64,000 nt of DNA from Macrostomum lignano (GCA_002269645.1 NIVC01001255.1:124001-188000); one strand, 5' to 3'; numbered from the stretch's first letter, positions 23,547 through 36,914 are shown. The notes: generated from the sequence alone by a model not told the origin. Program-made: numbers and translations.

Positions 23547-23669
23547 TCTTGGCTGTGTCTGAGCTCGAGGCTTTTAGCGAGGAGCTGGAAGGAGCTGAAA
23601 GCGCTTCTAAATCATATTATAGCAAAGCAAAATATCTATGGCCAATAAATACATAATAAAACATATTCG

Positions 23670-23830
23670 CAGAAAAGTCGCGGGCACCCGGGCGCAACGC
23701 CTTTAGAGGTCTTTTCCCACATCCAGAAATGAGGCAATTCTGCCGATTCCACTGACTCGCACTGGGTGCCCGCAGGCACGCACTCAAGCATGTTCACTCT
23801 CTGTGCCTTAAGGGTTGGCCCTCATGGGCC
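23670..23830 (-). mobile_element. Truncated SINE body
   Basis: GCGGGCACCC.GG.GCAACG..CCCACATCCAG..GAGGC.ATTCTGCC aligns by eye with 36480-36560; the element is cut off by the 22-bp array. Confidence 0.5.
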
Positions 23831-24650
23831 CTCCATCATCCTCCCCTTGATTCTTCCTTATCCGCCCCTTGATCTTCCATCATCCGCCCCCTTGATCCTC
23901 CATCATCCGCCCCCTTGATCCTCCATCATCCGCCCCCTTGATCCTCCATCATCCTCCCCTTGATTCTTCCTCATCCGCCCCTTGATCCTCCCTCATCCGC
24001 CCTTTGATCCTCTCTCATCCGCCCCTTGATCCTCCCTCATCCGCCCCTTGATCCTCCCTCATCCGCCCTTTGATCCTCCCTCATCCGCCCTTTGATCCTC
24101 ACTCATCCGCCCTTTGATCCTGCCTCATCCGCCCCTTGATCCTGCCTCATCCGCCCCTTGATCCTCCCTCATCCGCCCTTTGATCCTCTCTCATCCGCCC
24201 CTTGATCCTCCCTCATCCGCCCCTTTGATCCTCACTCATCCGCCCCTTTGATCCTCCCTCATCCGCCCTTTGATCCTCTCTCATCCGCCTCTTGATCCTC
24301 CCTCATCCGCCCCTTTGATCCTCACTCATCCGCCCTTTGATCCTCTCTCATCCGCCCCTTGATCCTCCCTCATCCGCCCCTTTGATCCTCACTCATCCGC
24401 CCCTTTGATCCTCCCTCATCCGCCCTTTGATCCTCTCTCATCCGCCTCTTGATCCTCCCTCATCCGCCCCTTTGATCCTCTCTCATCCGCCCCTTGATCC
24501 TCCCTCATCCGCCCCTTTGATCCTCCATCACCCGCCCCTTAATTTTCCATTATCCTCCCCTTGCTCCTCCATCATCCGCCCCTTAATTCTCCCTCATCCG
24601 CCCCTTGATCCTCCTTCATCCGCCCTTTATCCTCCCTCATCCGCCCTTTC
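23830..24650. repeat. ~22-bp pyrimidine-rich minisatellite
   Basis: Unit TTGATCCTCCCTCATCCGCCCC. Confidence 0.95.
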
Positions 24651-25034
24651 TTTTCTTACAGCTGCATTACTAAACGCACAAGTAGATATGTAAAAATTCT
24701 AACAATAAAAATGTATCTGCGGACATCAAAAACAAGGAAAAGCATGAAGCTGAGCCACTATCCGATTTTATTGCGTTCGGAATTACGTCGAGCAGTGAAA
24801 ATCGACACCTGCCGCCGCCCGTTCATGGAGTTGGCACAAATTTTCTCGAAAAATTGCTTTTATGCAAATATTTTTTTGGGGCTGCAGAAACCGCTGGCAG
24901 CGCTGGACTTCTTTGGACAGTTTTTTCGGATGGAATTTCGCGTCGCAATTATTGCTGCTCTATATATATAAGCACTATAAGCATATGATATTGCTGATGG
25001 CGCTGCGGCTGCTGCGACACTGTGACAGTTTTAA

Positions 25035-25350
<316 letters not shown>

Positions 25351-25358
25351 GCACACGA

Positions 25359-27227
25359 ATGCCCCGCTCAACAACAGCCAAGGAAGCAGTCAAAGCGGCT
25401 CCGTTGCTGGGCAAGAAGTCGCTGCTTTCGGTCGTGCTGTGCACCAATGCTTTCGCCGCGTTGCTAACGCTCACCATTTCCATGGCAACGGACTTTTGGA
25501 TAGTGACTTTCGAATGGGAGGCGGAGCGGAACGGGACGCACAGGGTGACCGCGATCCACTCGGGACTCTGGCGCCTCTGCTCGGAGCAAAAGTTTGTGCC
25601 GAGCAGCAAGAAGACAGTGTTCATCTGGACCAAGGATGCAGGTTAGCAACTTTCCTACTGTTTTATTTTTAGGTTGAGATTCACACAGTTTTCAACTTTT
25701 ACGGAACCTGTCATCGCAGTCACATTCAACGGGCACCGAACCAACTGCACGAGGTACAACAGCTCGCATATTGCTGACGGCATCACCTTCAAGTACCGGC
25801 GCGATGGAGGCGACATGAAACCGACTGACATTCGTGAGTTGAGCCACTTGAGCGTGTGAATTGAGTCTGTAAATGGAGTGTGTGAATTGAGTCTGTAAAT
25901 GGAGTGTGTGAATTGAGTCTGTGAATGGAGTGTGTGAATTGAGTCTGTGAATGGAGTGTGTGAATTGAGTCTGTGAATGGAGTGTGTGAATTGAGTCCGT
26001 GAATGGAATGTGTGAATTGAGTCTGTGAATGGAGTGTGTGAATTGAGTCTGTGAATGGAGTGTGTGAATAAAGCTTGTGAATGCAGTCTGTGAATAGAGT
26101 CTACGAACGAGTTTGTGATTGAATCTGAAAATGATCCATCGAGGTTCACGAGACTGTGAACAAAGTTTGTGAATATGTGAATGGAGGATAGGAATGGAGT
26201 TTCTGAACCGATTCTGTGAACAGATCAGTCCGTGAATAGACTCTTTCTTATCCCGCACGCCAGAAGCTCAACCACAGAATTCTGTGAGCTCAACAACCGG
26301 CATAGCAACCAAATAAACTTGCTTAATTTTCAGACATCGTGCAGGCCGCCAGTCCTTTGCCTCTGGCCGGCTCCATCCTCGCCATTTCCGCCTCCATCGC
26401 CGCTCTTCGCTCCGCCTACCGGCCGCAGTCAACCCGGCCGGTGCTTCTCGGCGGCGGCCTCTATGTGATATCGGGTAAGCGAGATAGTTTCTGAATAGCT
26501 GCGTCATGCTACTTACTGTCAGTAGAGTAATTTGCGTATCAACTTTTCTCATACAGATTAGCAAAAGGCGCTTTAAAACATGATTTTTTCTCCACCAGAA
26601 AAATATAGGACATCCGCTCACACCAGATGAATAAAATTAACATCCGCTCTCTACCAGTCAATTTCAACAAAAATCCGCTCTCTACCAGTCAACTCAAACA
26701 AGCACATCCGCTCTCTAGCAGTCAATTCAAACAACAAATCATCTCTCTTCTGATTAATCACAATCGACATCCGCTCTCTACCAGTCAATTCAAACAAGCA
26801 CATCCGCTCTCTACCAGCCAATTCAAACAAAAATCCGCTCTCTACCAGTCAACTCAAACAAAAAATCCTCTCTCTACCAGTCAATTCAAACAACACAAAT
26901 CCTCTCTCTTCTGATTAATCACAATTGACATCCGCTCTCTACCAGCCAACCACCGCTCTCTCCCCACCCAAATCGCCCCCAGGCCTGTTTCTCCTCATCG
27001 GTATAGTGCTCTACATCGGCAACGTGTCTCAGGCATTCGACAGCTCCTCTGGCGGCGTCTCCTCGGACAACAAGTATGCCTACGCCTACGGCTACTCGTT
27101 CCACCTGTTCATTGTGGGCTTCAGCCTGTCCGAGACGGCCGGGGTGCTGGCCGTGTACCTGCACCTGGCTCGGGCTCGGCACTCAGACTCCAACAACGCC
27201 AGCGGCTGCAGCAACAGCAGAGTCTGA
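25359..27227 (+). CDS. Claudin-fold tetraspan protein, TARP/stargazin (CACNG)-like, 4 exons, 260 aa to the first stop
   Basis: Exons 25359-25641, 25720-25833, 26334-26474, 26983-27227, all phase 1 and GT-AG, total 783 nt. Motifs: [16 protein letters not shown], second ECL1 Cys (TNCTRY), [42 protein letters not shown] (compare CACNG2 YSYGWSF..AEMVGVLAVHM). The frame reopens after TGA to 27587 (see findings). Confidence 0.85.
25855..26070. repeat. 26-bp minisatellite
   Basis: Unit TGTGAATTGAGTCTGTGAATGGAGTG. Confidence 0.9.
26640..26960. repeat. Degenerate ~30-bp tandem repeat
   Basis: ATCCGCTCTCTACCAGTCAATTCAAACAA variants in TARP intron 3. Confidence 0.85.
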
Positions 27228-27862
27228 GTCAGAAATCCGAAAGGCAGCGCCAGCTGCAACGCCTTGATGGCTAATGATGATGAGGATCAGCTCCGTCGGC
27301 AGCCGGAGGACGAGGCAGCCGTCGACACCCCCGACTGGCCATCGCCGCCGCCACTGGTCGGAGATAAGCCGCCGCTGAGCATGTCGTGGCATTCCGCGAT
27401 GGCCGCTGGTAGGTCTTTAGCCGCCGACGCCGCCCCGACGAGGTCCTGGAGTCACGCGGCCGGTGCCAGCTGCCAGTACCTGCCGCAGGAGGAGTCCCAG
27501 CTGCTGCCGACAACAGCGACAATGTCGTCAACGATGTGTCGCTGTTCGATTGGCAGCGGCAAGCTGGTGAAGACGACTCTGGTGTGAAAACTTTCTCAGT
27601 TTGTTTGTTTGCGAGGACTGACCCGCAGCTACCGGGGGCGAGAAGTCACGGCCCGTTCTGGTGACCCCTGAGCACCCGCGAACAGACACGCTCTCATGCA
27701 CCAAAGACTACTCAAGTAGAAGGAAAAGTTTTGGGAAATTGGAAAATTTTAGGAAGCAGGTTTTTTCCTAAAAATACATTTCGGAGATACGAGGCTTTCA
27801 TTTTTTTCAGCACAAAAAATTGTTATTGCATTAGATAGGAGGCAGCTAAGACCCACAGATAT

Positions 27863-28184
27863 TAGAATAACTAGATGGGCAACTTGGCAAATTGGCGTGT
27901 AAGCTACTTTCAGTTCAGTAGTAAGTTAAACTGAAGCATTTTAATGTATTTTACAAGCCAAGGCTCATTTATTGGCTCTTACCCCCAGCTTAAACCCTCC
28001 AACCTTTCCACACTACCCCCGCCCCGCCCCAATTTTTATTGCCTTCCTCGGAATTCCAGCCTAAAGCTGCCATGTACATTTTAGTGGACTGGCCAATGTA
28101 CATTATTGCTGGACCAATTAGCAAGTTGTTTACGCCTGAAAGCTTGGGCTTCTAAACTTATCAAAGTCATTTCAGCTGGTTTTA
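27863..28184 (+). mobile_element. Dispersed repeat (MITE-like), copy 1, truncated by a downstream insertion
   Basis: Reverse-complement match to 56480-56822; contains the TIR CTACTTTCAGTTCAGTAG. Confidence 0.7.
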
Positions 28185-29147
28185 TGTGGAATCAGGGACG
28201 GTGCTAGGACCGAGTCCACCCAGGCCACCACCCAACAGACAAGTCTTCGGGAGTGCGCAGAAAAAGTTGGAATTAGCGAAAAAAGCTTGGGTTACTACTA
28301 AAAGCAGTCCGAGAGAGGGGAAACCCCGAAGTCTACCGAAATGGCTTATTATTGGAGCGAGTCTGGAAGGCTTGTTTCCGAGGGCGAGACTCCAGGCAGG
28401 AAGACCGTCTACCGGCTACAAACCCAAAGGTATCGCCTATCCAGCTCAATATTGGAGGCCAGGCCAAGGGGTCGGGAAGGGGCACAAGGGGCAAGAGGAC
28501 CCGGACTCAGCCAGTATCCCCGAATCGGGCGAACTCATTCCCCAGGACACCAATCCACTGTCAGGATGAGAGCCAGAGGCACTTAGGCAGGGAGACAACC
28601 AGAGGAGCCAGCAGATGGACCAAGGACAGCGCAGGATGGACCGGGCAGGGAGGGCAGAGCTCATAACTCTGGAGAATTCTAGCGGCAATCTAAGGCCTTA
28701 CATTAATAAAACCAGTACAGTAATGGGGATAAAAACAGGACGGAGGAGCACCTGAACCCTACTAGCAGGTGGAGGGACCCTGCTTCCCGGGGCACAGCCT
28801 CAGGGCTGGCATCAACTGGGCTCTACCGTACACCTTCGTGAATGGTCATTCTTTCCTGCAGGGCGGGTACGACCGGGGGGCTCAAGTCCCATTCTAGCCA
28901 CACTGCAGTCCAGAGTACACACTCACTCCAGGTACATCCCCCCCTCTAAACCAAGGCCGAGGGCCAAATAATTGGAATGCACGAAAAAGAATGGTTGGGG
29001 TTATTTTTAGAATGGGCACAGCCCCTCTGGGGCGGACCCTTAGTTAATTGGGCTAGCCGAAGCCAGGCCAATCGGATTGCGCACAACCCTTAGACAAGCT
29101 ACCAGAGAGGCAACCAGGGTAAAAACAGTCAGAGACCGTCTAGTTAC
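28185..29147. mobile_element. Possible solo LTR (~960 bp)
   Basis: GC-richer block starting TGT and ending TTAC (no terminal CA), flanked by TTTA at 28181-28184 and 29148-29151. Internal AATAAA near 28705. It interrupts the dispersed repeat. Confidence 0.4.
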
Positions 29148-30009
29148 TTTAATAATAGTGCTAATATATATATTTTGATATGTTGTGTCTTTCTTATAGG
29201 TCTATTGATTTTCATAAAGTTTTTCGTTTAGAAAAATAGGATTTCCATGTCAATTTTTAATACTCTACGTACAATCGGACATGTACTGTGCCTAAAAATC
29301 TTAATCAATTCTATCATTCTTAGCTTAATGATAGAATCATAAAAATAGATTCATAAAACCAATGAGTCGATCGAGTTGAGCCATTTTTAAATGATTTTTA
29401 GGCACACGACGTGAACGAAGACTAAAAAAATAGCATAGAATCCCAAGTTTCTAAACGAAAAGCTTAACTAACATCAAACGAACATCATCGTTGTCGTACA
29501 CACGCGCTCACGCAGGGTGCACAGCGGCCAAGTAAGTGAGCGAGTAACAGGTTTGAGCTGATGCCACCAGTTCGCACTCCTGAGCTCTGTGCTAGCAGAT
29601 TCGGGCATATTTTATCTTTATAACCATTCTAGGCTCGATAAACACTACTGAAATGTTGGGGTTTATCAGTAGCTAATAAAGACATTAATAGTTTTAATAT
29701 TTACAACACTCGTTATATTTTTTCCTAATTAACGCGCTGTTCGCACCAACTGATGCTTTGTGCTTTTTTATTTATGATTATAATTTATGGTTACGGATGC
29801 ACTCGCACCGAATATGAATCTTTCTACTGAGAAGTATTGTCAAATTCTGTACAATCAATTATTCATTGTCACTACGAGCTATGTGCTATGCCTTTCACTT
29901 CCTTAGTAAACTATAAACTCGATTTCTCATCCATCTCTATTTCCTGTTCTATCTTCATACATCTATCTATTCTAACCCCATATCGCTATTATCTCCCCAT
30001 CTCCATTGT

Positions 30010-30700
30010 TACCGCATATCTACTCTCATCTTTTATCCAATCTCTCGCCATATCTATTCTCACCACATATCTTTTCTCATCACATTTCTATTCTCACCAC
30101 ATATCTTTTCTCACCCTATATCTATTCTCACCACATATCTATTCTCATCACATATCTTTTCTCATCACATATCTATTCTCACCACATATCTTTTCTCTCC
30201 CTATATCTATTCTCACCACATATCTTTTCTCTCCCTATATCTATTCTCACCACATATCTTTTCTCTCCCCATATCTATTCTCACCACATATCTTTTCTCA
30301 TCACATATCTATTCTCACCACATATCTTTTCTCACCCTATATCTATTCTCACCACATATCTATTCTCATCACATACCTTTTCTCATCACATATCTATTCT
30401 CACCACATATCTATTCTCACCACATATCTATTCTCTCCCCATATCTATTATTACCCCATATCTAATCTCATCTTATATCCAATCTCTTGCATTATCTATT
30501 CTCACCACAAGTCTATTCTCATCGCATGTCTATTCTAACCAAATATCTATTTTCACCTTATCAATTCTATCTCCATATCTATTCTCTCCCCATATCTATT
30601 CTCTCCCCCATATCTATTCTCTCCCCCATATCTATTCTCTCCCCAAATCTATTCTCACCTCATATCTATACCTATCAGCCATTCTCTTTCTTGGTGTAGC
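30010..30700. repeat. Degenerate ~17-bp pyrimidine-rich minisatellite
   Basis: TATCTATTCTCACCACA / TATCTTTTCTC variants. Confidence 0.9.
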
Positions 30701-31454
30701 CCAGCATCCAGGAGACTCCAAGCAATAATTAATAAATTGAATAGAGAACACAGCCGCTCAAATTTGGTCTAATTTATTTTATATTTTCCAATAATGACTA
30801 TAGTTATTATAGTTGCATCACAAGGAGCGCAAAATTAACATCTCAATCACAATCAATAAACTAGGTTAACATCAGTGCACTGACACTAGACTTAAACTTT
30901 CCGTCAATACGAATTAGTAAAAGTACAAATAATTGATTCCTGGCTCAGTCGCAGTGGAAATTTTGAAATTAAAAATCCTACAGCTGTTTCCCGACCCAGA
31001 TTTCAACCATCGACACAATTTTGCGCATAAACAAAATGTACTTTTATCGAACAGGCCAAAAACAGAATGGGGGATTTGTAGACTGAAAATTTTGGGATAA
31101 CATGTTTTTCTCGTCGGGGATTGCAGACACAGACCGAGTGCTCCAGGGAAATTGCGAGTTTTTTTATTGCCTTGCAATTTGAACAGAAAAATATAGCGGA
31201 AACCGTTTCCTTCCCGAGATGAAATTAATAATTTTTTTCCGCATATGAGTTTGGCTGAAATTCGATCCTTCTACTGAGAGACTTCGCTGTAGGAGATAAA
31301 AATATGATAAAGGACTCCGGATAGGCAAATGCTAATCGCCGATTCTTAATATCGTGTCTTGGGACTTCGATTCGTGTCGCGGAATGACTATGTGCATGGG
31401 TAAGTATTCTTAAAGGAATTTCTAAAGTATTTTATCGCGAGAGCATTATTAAGC

Positions 31455-32620
31455 CCTCTCTATCCCACACTCTCTATCCCACACTCTCTATCCCACACTC
31501 TCTATCCCACACTCTCTATCCCACACTCTCTATCCCACACTCTCTATCCCACACTCTCTATCCCACACTCTCTATCCCACACTCTCTATCCCACACTCTC
31601 TATCCCACACTCTCTATCCCAAACTCTCTATCCCACACTCTCTATCCCACTCTCTCTACCCCATACTCTCTATCGCACACTGTCTATCCCACATCCACTA
31701 TCCCACACAGTCTATCCCACACTCTCTATCCCACACTCTCTATCCCACACTCTCTATCCCACACTCTCTATCCCACACTCTCTATCCCACACTCTCTATC
31801 CCACACTCTCTATCCCACACTCTCTATCCCACTCTCTCCATCCCACACTCTCTATCCCACACTCTCTATCCCACACTCTCTATCCCACACTCTCTATCCC
31901 ACACTCTCTATCCCACACTCTCTATCCCACACTCTCTATCCCACACTCTCTATCCCACACTCTCTATCCCACACTCTCTATCCCACACTCTCTATCCCAC
32001 TCTCTCCATCCCACACTCTCTATCCCACACTCTCTATCCCACACTCTCTATCCCACACTCTCTATCCCACACTCTCTATCCCACACTCTCTATGCCACAC
32101 TCTATCCCACACTCTCTATCCCACTCTCTCTACCCCATACTCTCTATCGCACACTGTCTATCCCACACTCTCTATCGCACACTGTCTATCCCACATCCAC
32201 TATCCCACACAGTCTATCCCACACTCTCTATCCCACACTCTCTATCCCACACTCTCTATCCCACACTCTCTATCCCACACTCTCTATCCCACACTCTCTA
32301 TCCCACACTCTCTATCCCACACTCTCTATCCCACTCTCTCCATCCCACACTCTCTATCCCACACTCTCTATCCCACACTCTCTATGCCACACTCTATCCC
32401 ACACTCTCTATCCCACTCTCTCTACCCCATACTCTCTATCCCACACTGTCTATCCCACACTCTCTATCGCACACTGTCTATCCCACATCCACTATCCCAC
32501 ACAGTCTATCCCACACTGTCTATCCCACTCTCTCTACCCCATACTCTCTATCGCACACTGTCTATCCCACATCCACTATCCCACACAGTCTATCCCACAC
32601 TCTGAAGCTCGTATCCCACA
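31455..32620. repeat. 14-bp minisatellite
   Basis: Unit CACACTCTCTATCC; abuts the arrestin 3' region. Confidence 0.95.
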
Positions 32621-32769
32621 CCCACGATCCCATTAATGCTCAAATTTCCAAAGTGCTCAAATCTCAGTCCCAAGGTGAAACCCCAATTAAATTAATCCGC
32701 TTAAGTCCGTTGAAAATCGCAGGTGGCCGCTAGCGCAGTGAACAATGAATTCCCCGAACAGAAACTACT

Positions 32770-35700
32770 CTAAGCCTCGTCATCCGGCTGACTGCGCAGG
32801 CGCAGCCTCGCGAAGTCCTCGAATACCAGATCCTCGTCTCCGGCAGGTTTTGCCGCGGTCTTGTCGGGCTGGTCCTGACCGTCCAGCTGGATCAGGTTCC
32901 CCTCGGCCGGTGGTGCCTCGGAGCCGCCGGCGTCTCCCGCATCGGGTGTCGCCGTCGCGGGTTCCTCAGTCTCGTCGTCAACCTCGTCCAGCTCGTCCGG
33001 CGGTTTCGGGTGGGTCAGCACAAACGGCAGCTCCAGGCAGACGTCGGACGAACCAAAGCCGAGCACCAGGCGGACCTTGACTCGATAGTTGACTACGATG
33101 CCGAGGTTCTCCTTGGACTGGCTGGAGTCCTTCATGATGGTGCTGCTGGCCAGGTTCGTGTCCTCGTGCTTCAGCTGACCATCGAGTGCCAGGCCGCGTT
33201 TGTCGCGGTTGTTCGCCAGCAGCGGGCAGACGTGGAAGACGCGGCACCAGCCAGTCTGGCCGGGCCCGATCGGGAAGCCCTCCTCCGATTCGAGCTCGGC
33301 CACGTTGCACTTGTAACTGTTGGGGCTGAACAGGCAGATGTCAGCCACTTGTCGAACTGAGATTCGAACTTTTTTAGCCGTCTTTCCGGTGTTGTTGTCA
33401 ACGAGTAGATTGACCGCGATCGACTCGCCGTGGTAGTACTTCTCCTTGTCGAGGCTGGCCTCCAGGCGCAGGGTGCCTGCGCTCATGCGGAACTCCTTCG
33501 TTACCTGAGAAATGGCAAGATCGCAAGGCGCGATCAGACTCACACTTTGAACTTTTCATGATCGCTGTGACCTGCTCTGGTTTCTCTTACCCATGACTGC
33601 TCACACCCCTACCCTGATTGCTCATACCCCTAACCCTTATTGCTCACACCCCTACCCTGATTGCACACACCCCTACCCTGATTGCTCATACCCCTACCCT
33701 GATTGCTCACACCCCTATCCATGATTGCTCACAACCCCTACCCTGTTTGCTCACAACACCCCTACCCTGATTGCTCACAACCCTACCCATGATTGCTCAT
33801 ACCCCTACCCTGATTGCCCACACCCCTACCCTGATTGCTCATACCCCTACCCTGATTGCTCACACCCCTACCCATGACTGCTCACACCCCTACCCTGATT
33901 GCTCATACCCCTACCCTGATTGCTCACACCCCTATCCCTGATTGCTCACACCCCTACCCTGATTACTCACACCCCTACCCATGATTACTCACACCCCTAC
34001 CCATGATTACTCACACCCCTACCCTGATTTCTCACACCCCTACCCTGATTGCTCACACCCCTACCCTGATTTCTCACACCCCTAACCTGATTGCTCACAC
34101 CCCTACCCTGATTGCTCACACCCCTACCCTGATTTCTCACACCCCTACCCTGATTGCTCACACCCCTACCCTGATTTCTCACACCCCTAACCTGATTGCT
34201 CACACCTCTAATCTGGCTGCTCATATCTATAGACTTGTTGCTCATATCTCTAATCTTGTTGGTCATATCTATACTCTGATTGCTCATATATATACTCTGG
34301 TTGGTCATATATATACTCTGGTTGGTCATATCTCTAATCTGACTGATCATATCTATACTCTGGTTGCTCATATCTATAGTCTGGTTGCTCATATCTCTAA
34401 TCTGGCTGCTCATATCTATACTCTGGTTGCTTATATCTCTAACCTGGCTGCTCATATCTATACTCTGGCTGCTCATATATATATACTCTGGTTGGTCATA
34501 TCTATACTCTGATTGCTCTTATCTATACTTTGGTTGCTCATATCTCTAATCTGGTTGCTCATATCTATACTCTGGTTGCTCCGAGTCCACATTTACAGCT
34601 TAATTTCAAAGAAAACCCTTTTAGTGCTTTAAGTTGTCCCGTTTACAGGTTGTCCTCAAGCGGCACTTCAAAGCCAGTGGAACCGCGGCCTGTTTGCAGC
34701 CGCCTGCACATTCAGCTCTGGATAGTCAAGTACAGAGCTGCAGATGGGGCAAAACAATTATAGTTGTTGTATCCCTGTAGTCAATAGGCGGCATTCTGTC
34801 ACTCTCAGCATAGTGGATCCCATCGGGATGGGCGCAGAGCATTCAAGCCTGAATCAGCATCAACCGCCCTCAGCATCCGGCACAACCCCCTCCGCCCCAT
34901 CCATCCCCTTCCTTCGTCTCCAATGCAAATTTTGCTATTTGATGTTTTTATGAGCTCTTGAAAGCGATTGCGCACATTTTTCTGTCCCTACCCTGTGCCC
35001 TTATCTCTGCTTATCCATTTCTCTTCATAGATTTAAGCCTGTATATGTTTCAAACCCCTACGAGTATTTCCCATAGCATCAAGCGTTTATTATTTAGCAA
35101 AAAATGAATTTCCAATAGTAGGCAGTCAGCCAAGTCAATGTGTGTGACGCAGCTGCTAGATAAAAGATAGACACATTTAGCTTGTGTCTTGAAGAAGCAT
35201 AAAATTCTATTTGTTCGGCAGCCGAATTACCACCCCTGATTTCGAAGCTGCGCTGCATACCGAAGCTATAGCTCTTGACAGTAGGCAGAAGTTGCTTTAA
35301 AAGATCTTCCTTCAAGGTCTGAGGCTTGGTTTGAGCAGCAATCTCGTATTTGAGCCGCGCGAGTCGGAAAATACACTGTCGAAAAAAACTGTCTTCAAAA
35401 AATTGGCGATAGCGGACCTGACTTTCATTGGCACCCACTCTTTCCTTCGATTGTTGGCTTTCATGGACGGAAGAATCATACGAAAAATTTACCTATAAGA
35501 CTTTTTTAACGCGGAGCTGGGTCGGACCCGTTGTCGCACTTCGCTAGTCCAAATCTTTTATAGATAAATGGTAAAGATAAAAAGATTCCGATCGATAAAG
35601 TAGACTAAGAGCCACCCTTTGCTGCGCCAGTAAGCAACTTCTCTCGGACTAAAGACTATTCTGAATTAACCATTGTAGTTCGAATGTTGCTACCTGGTTA

Positions 35701-36914
35701 ACGAAACTCGTAAATAAACGATTTTGTCGCAACTGTTCAGCAATCTGCGGAGTCCCTCTGCTGAACTCTTGGCTTTACAAAGTGTCAGACATGCTCGATG
35801 GGTTCGTGTCTGGAGGAGAGACTACGATCACCGATGGCTTTCTAAACTTTTTGAGTCATGTGGCAGTGTGAGTTAGACGGGGCGTTGGGGTAAAATGGCC
35901 TCTACTGCTCACCTCAGCAGTGGGCTGCGGCCCGGGCTCCTCTGGCGCATAGGTGAGCTTCCGGATGGCCAGGGTGACAGTGCTCCTTTTGTGCGTCTTC
36001 CCGTCAGCTTGGTCGGCAACGTAAGTCTTTAACTCGTAGTCCACGCCGCACGGCTTGCCACCGTCGTTAGCCCCGGCTGCAGGGTGACGGACGCCGGGCT
36101 CTGCTGGGGCGGCAGCTCAAAGTAGAATGGATGCGCGTTCTCGCCAAGCTTCTTCATCAGGCGCTTCTGCAGCCGGGTCGGCGGTCTGGTGTCCTCCCCC
36201 AACGGCGGGCAGACCTGCATGCAGGCGATGTACAGGTCCTTGCGGAATGTCAGGCCCAGGACGTCGAGGTCCTCGCGTCCGTAGCGGAATGCGGCGAGAA
36301 CGTGGACGAAAACCTCCAAAAATGTAAGCGGGGTGAGGTGGTGCTAGTTCGATGACGCAGCACTCACACAGGATGCACACGTGACAACTAAAGTACGATT
36401 TCAGTGCTTTAGTACTTTAGTTTACCGTGGGTGCACACACAGTGATCACGATCATATTAATAATAGTAATTGCAAGAAGGTTGCGGGCACCCAGGTGCAA
36501 CGTCTTCGGCGAAATCGTCCCACATCCAGCTCCGAGGCGATTCTGCCATTCCGCTCACACAGGGTGTACAGCAGTCCTGACTTTCTGGAATGTGCACTCT
36601 CTGTGCCTTGTGGATTGGCCATCATGGCTGTGAATCGCACGACACAAGGAATTCCAACCAAGGGTCGTGACGCGAGAGTCAGACGCGTTTATCGCTGATC
36701 AGTTTCTCACCTTGCGATCCTTGATGTAGTCTGGATCCACAAGCACAACCCCATCGATTGGGTCGACTCGGGTCAAATGATCGACGAAGTCTCTCTTGCT
36801 GAGGTAAGTAGTAATCTTGTTGTTGGGCGAATTTTTCTTGAACACTCGAGTGCCACTGGATGGAATTCGTTTTGGATCGCTGCTGCTCTGGTCTGCCGCG
36901 CCGCTGGTTGCCAT
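32770..36914 (-). CDS. ARRB: Beta-arrestin (non-visual arrestin), 3 exons, one apparent 1-nt deletion
   Basis: Exons 36914-36711, 36313-35913, 33504-32770. Motifs: [72 protein letters not shown], clathrin box LIQLD, AP2 motif [13 protein letters not shown]. The exon sum is 1340 nt; restoring one G in the run at ~36071-36074 gives QPG(A)[14 protein letters not shown]. Confidence 0.93.
33590..34570. repeat. 21-bp minisatellite with two consensus halves
   Basis: TGATTGCTCACACCCCTACCC grading into TGGTTGCTCATATCTATACTC; arrestin intron 2. Confidence 0.9.
36465..36700 (-). mobile_element. tRNA-derived SINE in arrestin intron 1
   Basis: Minus strand: B-box-like GGTTGGAATTCC, body AAGGCACAGAGAGTGCAC..GCTGTACACCCTGTG..GGAATGGCAGAATCGCCTC, TATTATTA tail. 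Similar to 50727-51075. Confidence 0.6.

Noticed and set aside
25642-25719. Acceptors at 25672, 25678 and 25688 for TARP exon 2
   Set aside because: Each gives a stop or the wrong frame with the phase-1 donor; only the AG at 25718-25719 keeps the frame.
27225-27227. Selenocysteine codon in the TARP-like gene
   Set aside because: The UGA lies in a low-complexity tail, not a redox motif, and I saw no obvious SECIS. Not formally tested; a SECIS search would settle it.
35094-35438. 114-aa minus-strand ORF in arrestin intron 2
   Set aside because: Non-ATG start, no recognisable domain, no splice support.
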